The translations under genes and the position numbers were made by a program. Positions 62,939 through 64,000 of a DNA stretch of 64,000 nucleotides are shown one piece after another; position 1 is the first letter of the stretch; every line of letters starts with the position of its first letter. Under the pieces are notes generated by a model. The model did not search any database, was not told where the DNA came from, and saw only the letters and a list, made by a program, of their open reading frames with translations. Origin of the DNA: an uncultured Gemmatimonadales bacterium (GTDB lineage: Bacteria > Gemmatimonadota > Gemmatimonadetes > Gemmatimonadales > GWC2-71-9); NCBI GenBank assembly GCA_963821525.1, contig CAWGED010000005.1:448001-512000 (forward strand), read 5' to 3'.

Positions 62939-63778
62939 ATGAGCATTCGACAGTTCAGGCCGGTGACCGCCGCGTCGCGGTACCGCTCGGTGTCCGGGTT
63001 CGACGAGATCACTCGGGCCACGCCCGAGAAGAGTCTGCTCGAGCCGATCCGGAAGACCGGCGGACGGAACAACCACGGCCATGTGACCATGCGTTACATC
63101 GGCGGCGGCCACAAGCGGATGTACCGCAAGATCGACTTCAAGCGGAACAAGTTCGGCGTGCCCGCCAAGGTTGCCGAGATCGAATACGATCCCAACCGGA
63201 GCGCGCGCATCGCCCTCCTGGTCTACGCCGACGGCGAGAAGCGCTACATCCTGCACCCCAAGGGTCTCAATGTGGGTGACACCGTGCTCTCAGGTCCCGG
63301 TGTCGATCCGCGGGTGGGGAACACGATTCCCCTGTCCGAGGTCCCGCTGGGCACCGTGGTGCACTGCGTCGAGCTCAAGATCGGCAAGGGCGGGCAGCTC
63401 GCCCGCACCGCGGGAGCCGGCGCCGAGGTCATCGCCAAGGAAGGGGAGTACGTGACGGTGCGGCTGCGCTCGACCGAAATGCGCCGGGTACACGCCCGCT
63501 GCCTCGCCACCATCGGAGAAGTGGGCAACGCGGAGCACGAGCTGCTCTCGGTGGGCAAGGCCGGCAAGACCCGCTGGCTGGGCCGCCGGGGCCGGGTACG
63601 TGGCGTCGCCAAGAACCCGGTGGACCATCCGCTGGGCGGCGGCGAGGGCAAGAGCTCGGGCGGGCGTCCGCCGAACGTCGCCCTGGGGCAAGCCGGAAGG
63701 CAGGAAGACCCGGCACAAGAAGAAGGCTTCTACCAAGCTCATCGTGCGCGGCCGCAAGCGCGGGAAGGCGACCCAATA
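62939..63778 (+). CDS. rplB: 50S ribosomal protein L2 (frameshift near 63675)
   Basis: Manual translation: [34 protein letters not shown]. Confidence 0.95.
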
Positions 63779-64000
63779 ATGTCGCGGAGCATCAAGAAGG
63801 GCCCGTTCGTTCAGGAGGCGCTGCTCCTGAAGGTGCAGGTGCTCAACAGCAAGAACGAGAAGAAGGTGGTGAAGACCTGGAGCCGGTCGAGCACCATTCT
63901 GCCCGAGTTCGTGGGACACACCTTCGCGGTCCATAACGGCAACAAGTTCGTGCCGGTGTACGTGACCGAGAACATGGTCGGGCACAAGCTCGGCGAGTTC
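63779..64000 (+). CDS. rpsS: 30S ribosomal protein S19 (partial)
   Basis: [32 protein letters not shown]. Confidence 0.96.
   Translation, partial: MSRSIKKGPFVQEALLLKVQVLNSKNEKKVVKTWSRSSTILPEFVGHTFAVHNGNKFVPVYVTENMVGHKLGEF

Overview
GC-rich bacterial genomic window, most likely Gemmatimonadota (inferred from the EF-Tu switch-I sequence, the RNA polymerase inserts and the clade II nos layout). Single-base indels break many genes, including essential ones such as cysS, rplK, rplJ, rpoB, rpoC, tuf, rplD and rplB, so these are read as long-read assembly errors and many CDS limits are approximate. There are three zones. (1) 1-27.3 kb, a low-oxygen respiration/stress island: clade II N2O reductase cluster (cytochrome c-nosZ-nosB-like-nosL-nosD-nosF-nosY) with a divergent Rrf2 regulator, a B-family (ba3-type) heme-copper oxidase, and a DosR-regulon-like set (SulP, PRTase, Hsp20, P1B ATPase, USPs, Acg nitroreductase) around a DosS-like heme-GAF kinase paired with an OmpR-type regulator. 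(2) 27.8-39.8 kb, mscS and cysS followed by a ~9.5 kb insert bounded by two diverged copies of the cysS 3' end. The insert carries an ECF sigma / zf-HC2 anti-sigma / lipoprotein TPR-CHAT protease module flanked by two copies of a putative ECF promoter that point at exported or membrane cargo genes. (3) 39.9-64 kb, four tRNAs and the rpmG-secE-nusG-rplKAJL-rpoBC, str and S10 clusters, with an S8 protease inserted before rpsL, a ~200-nt structured RNA with its own promoter before fusA, and recurrent intergenic palindromes built from 7-nt tandem repeats.
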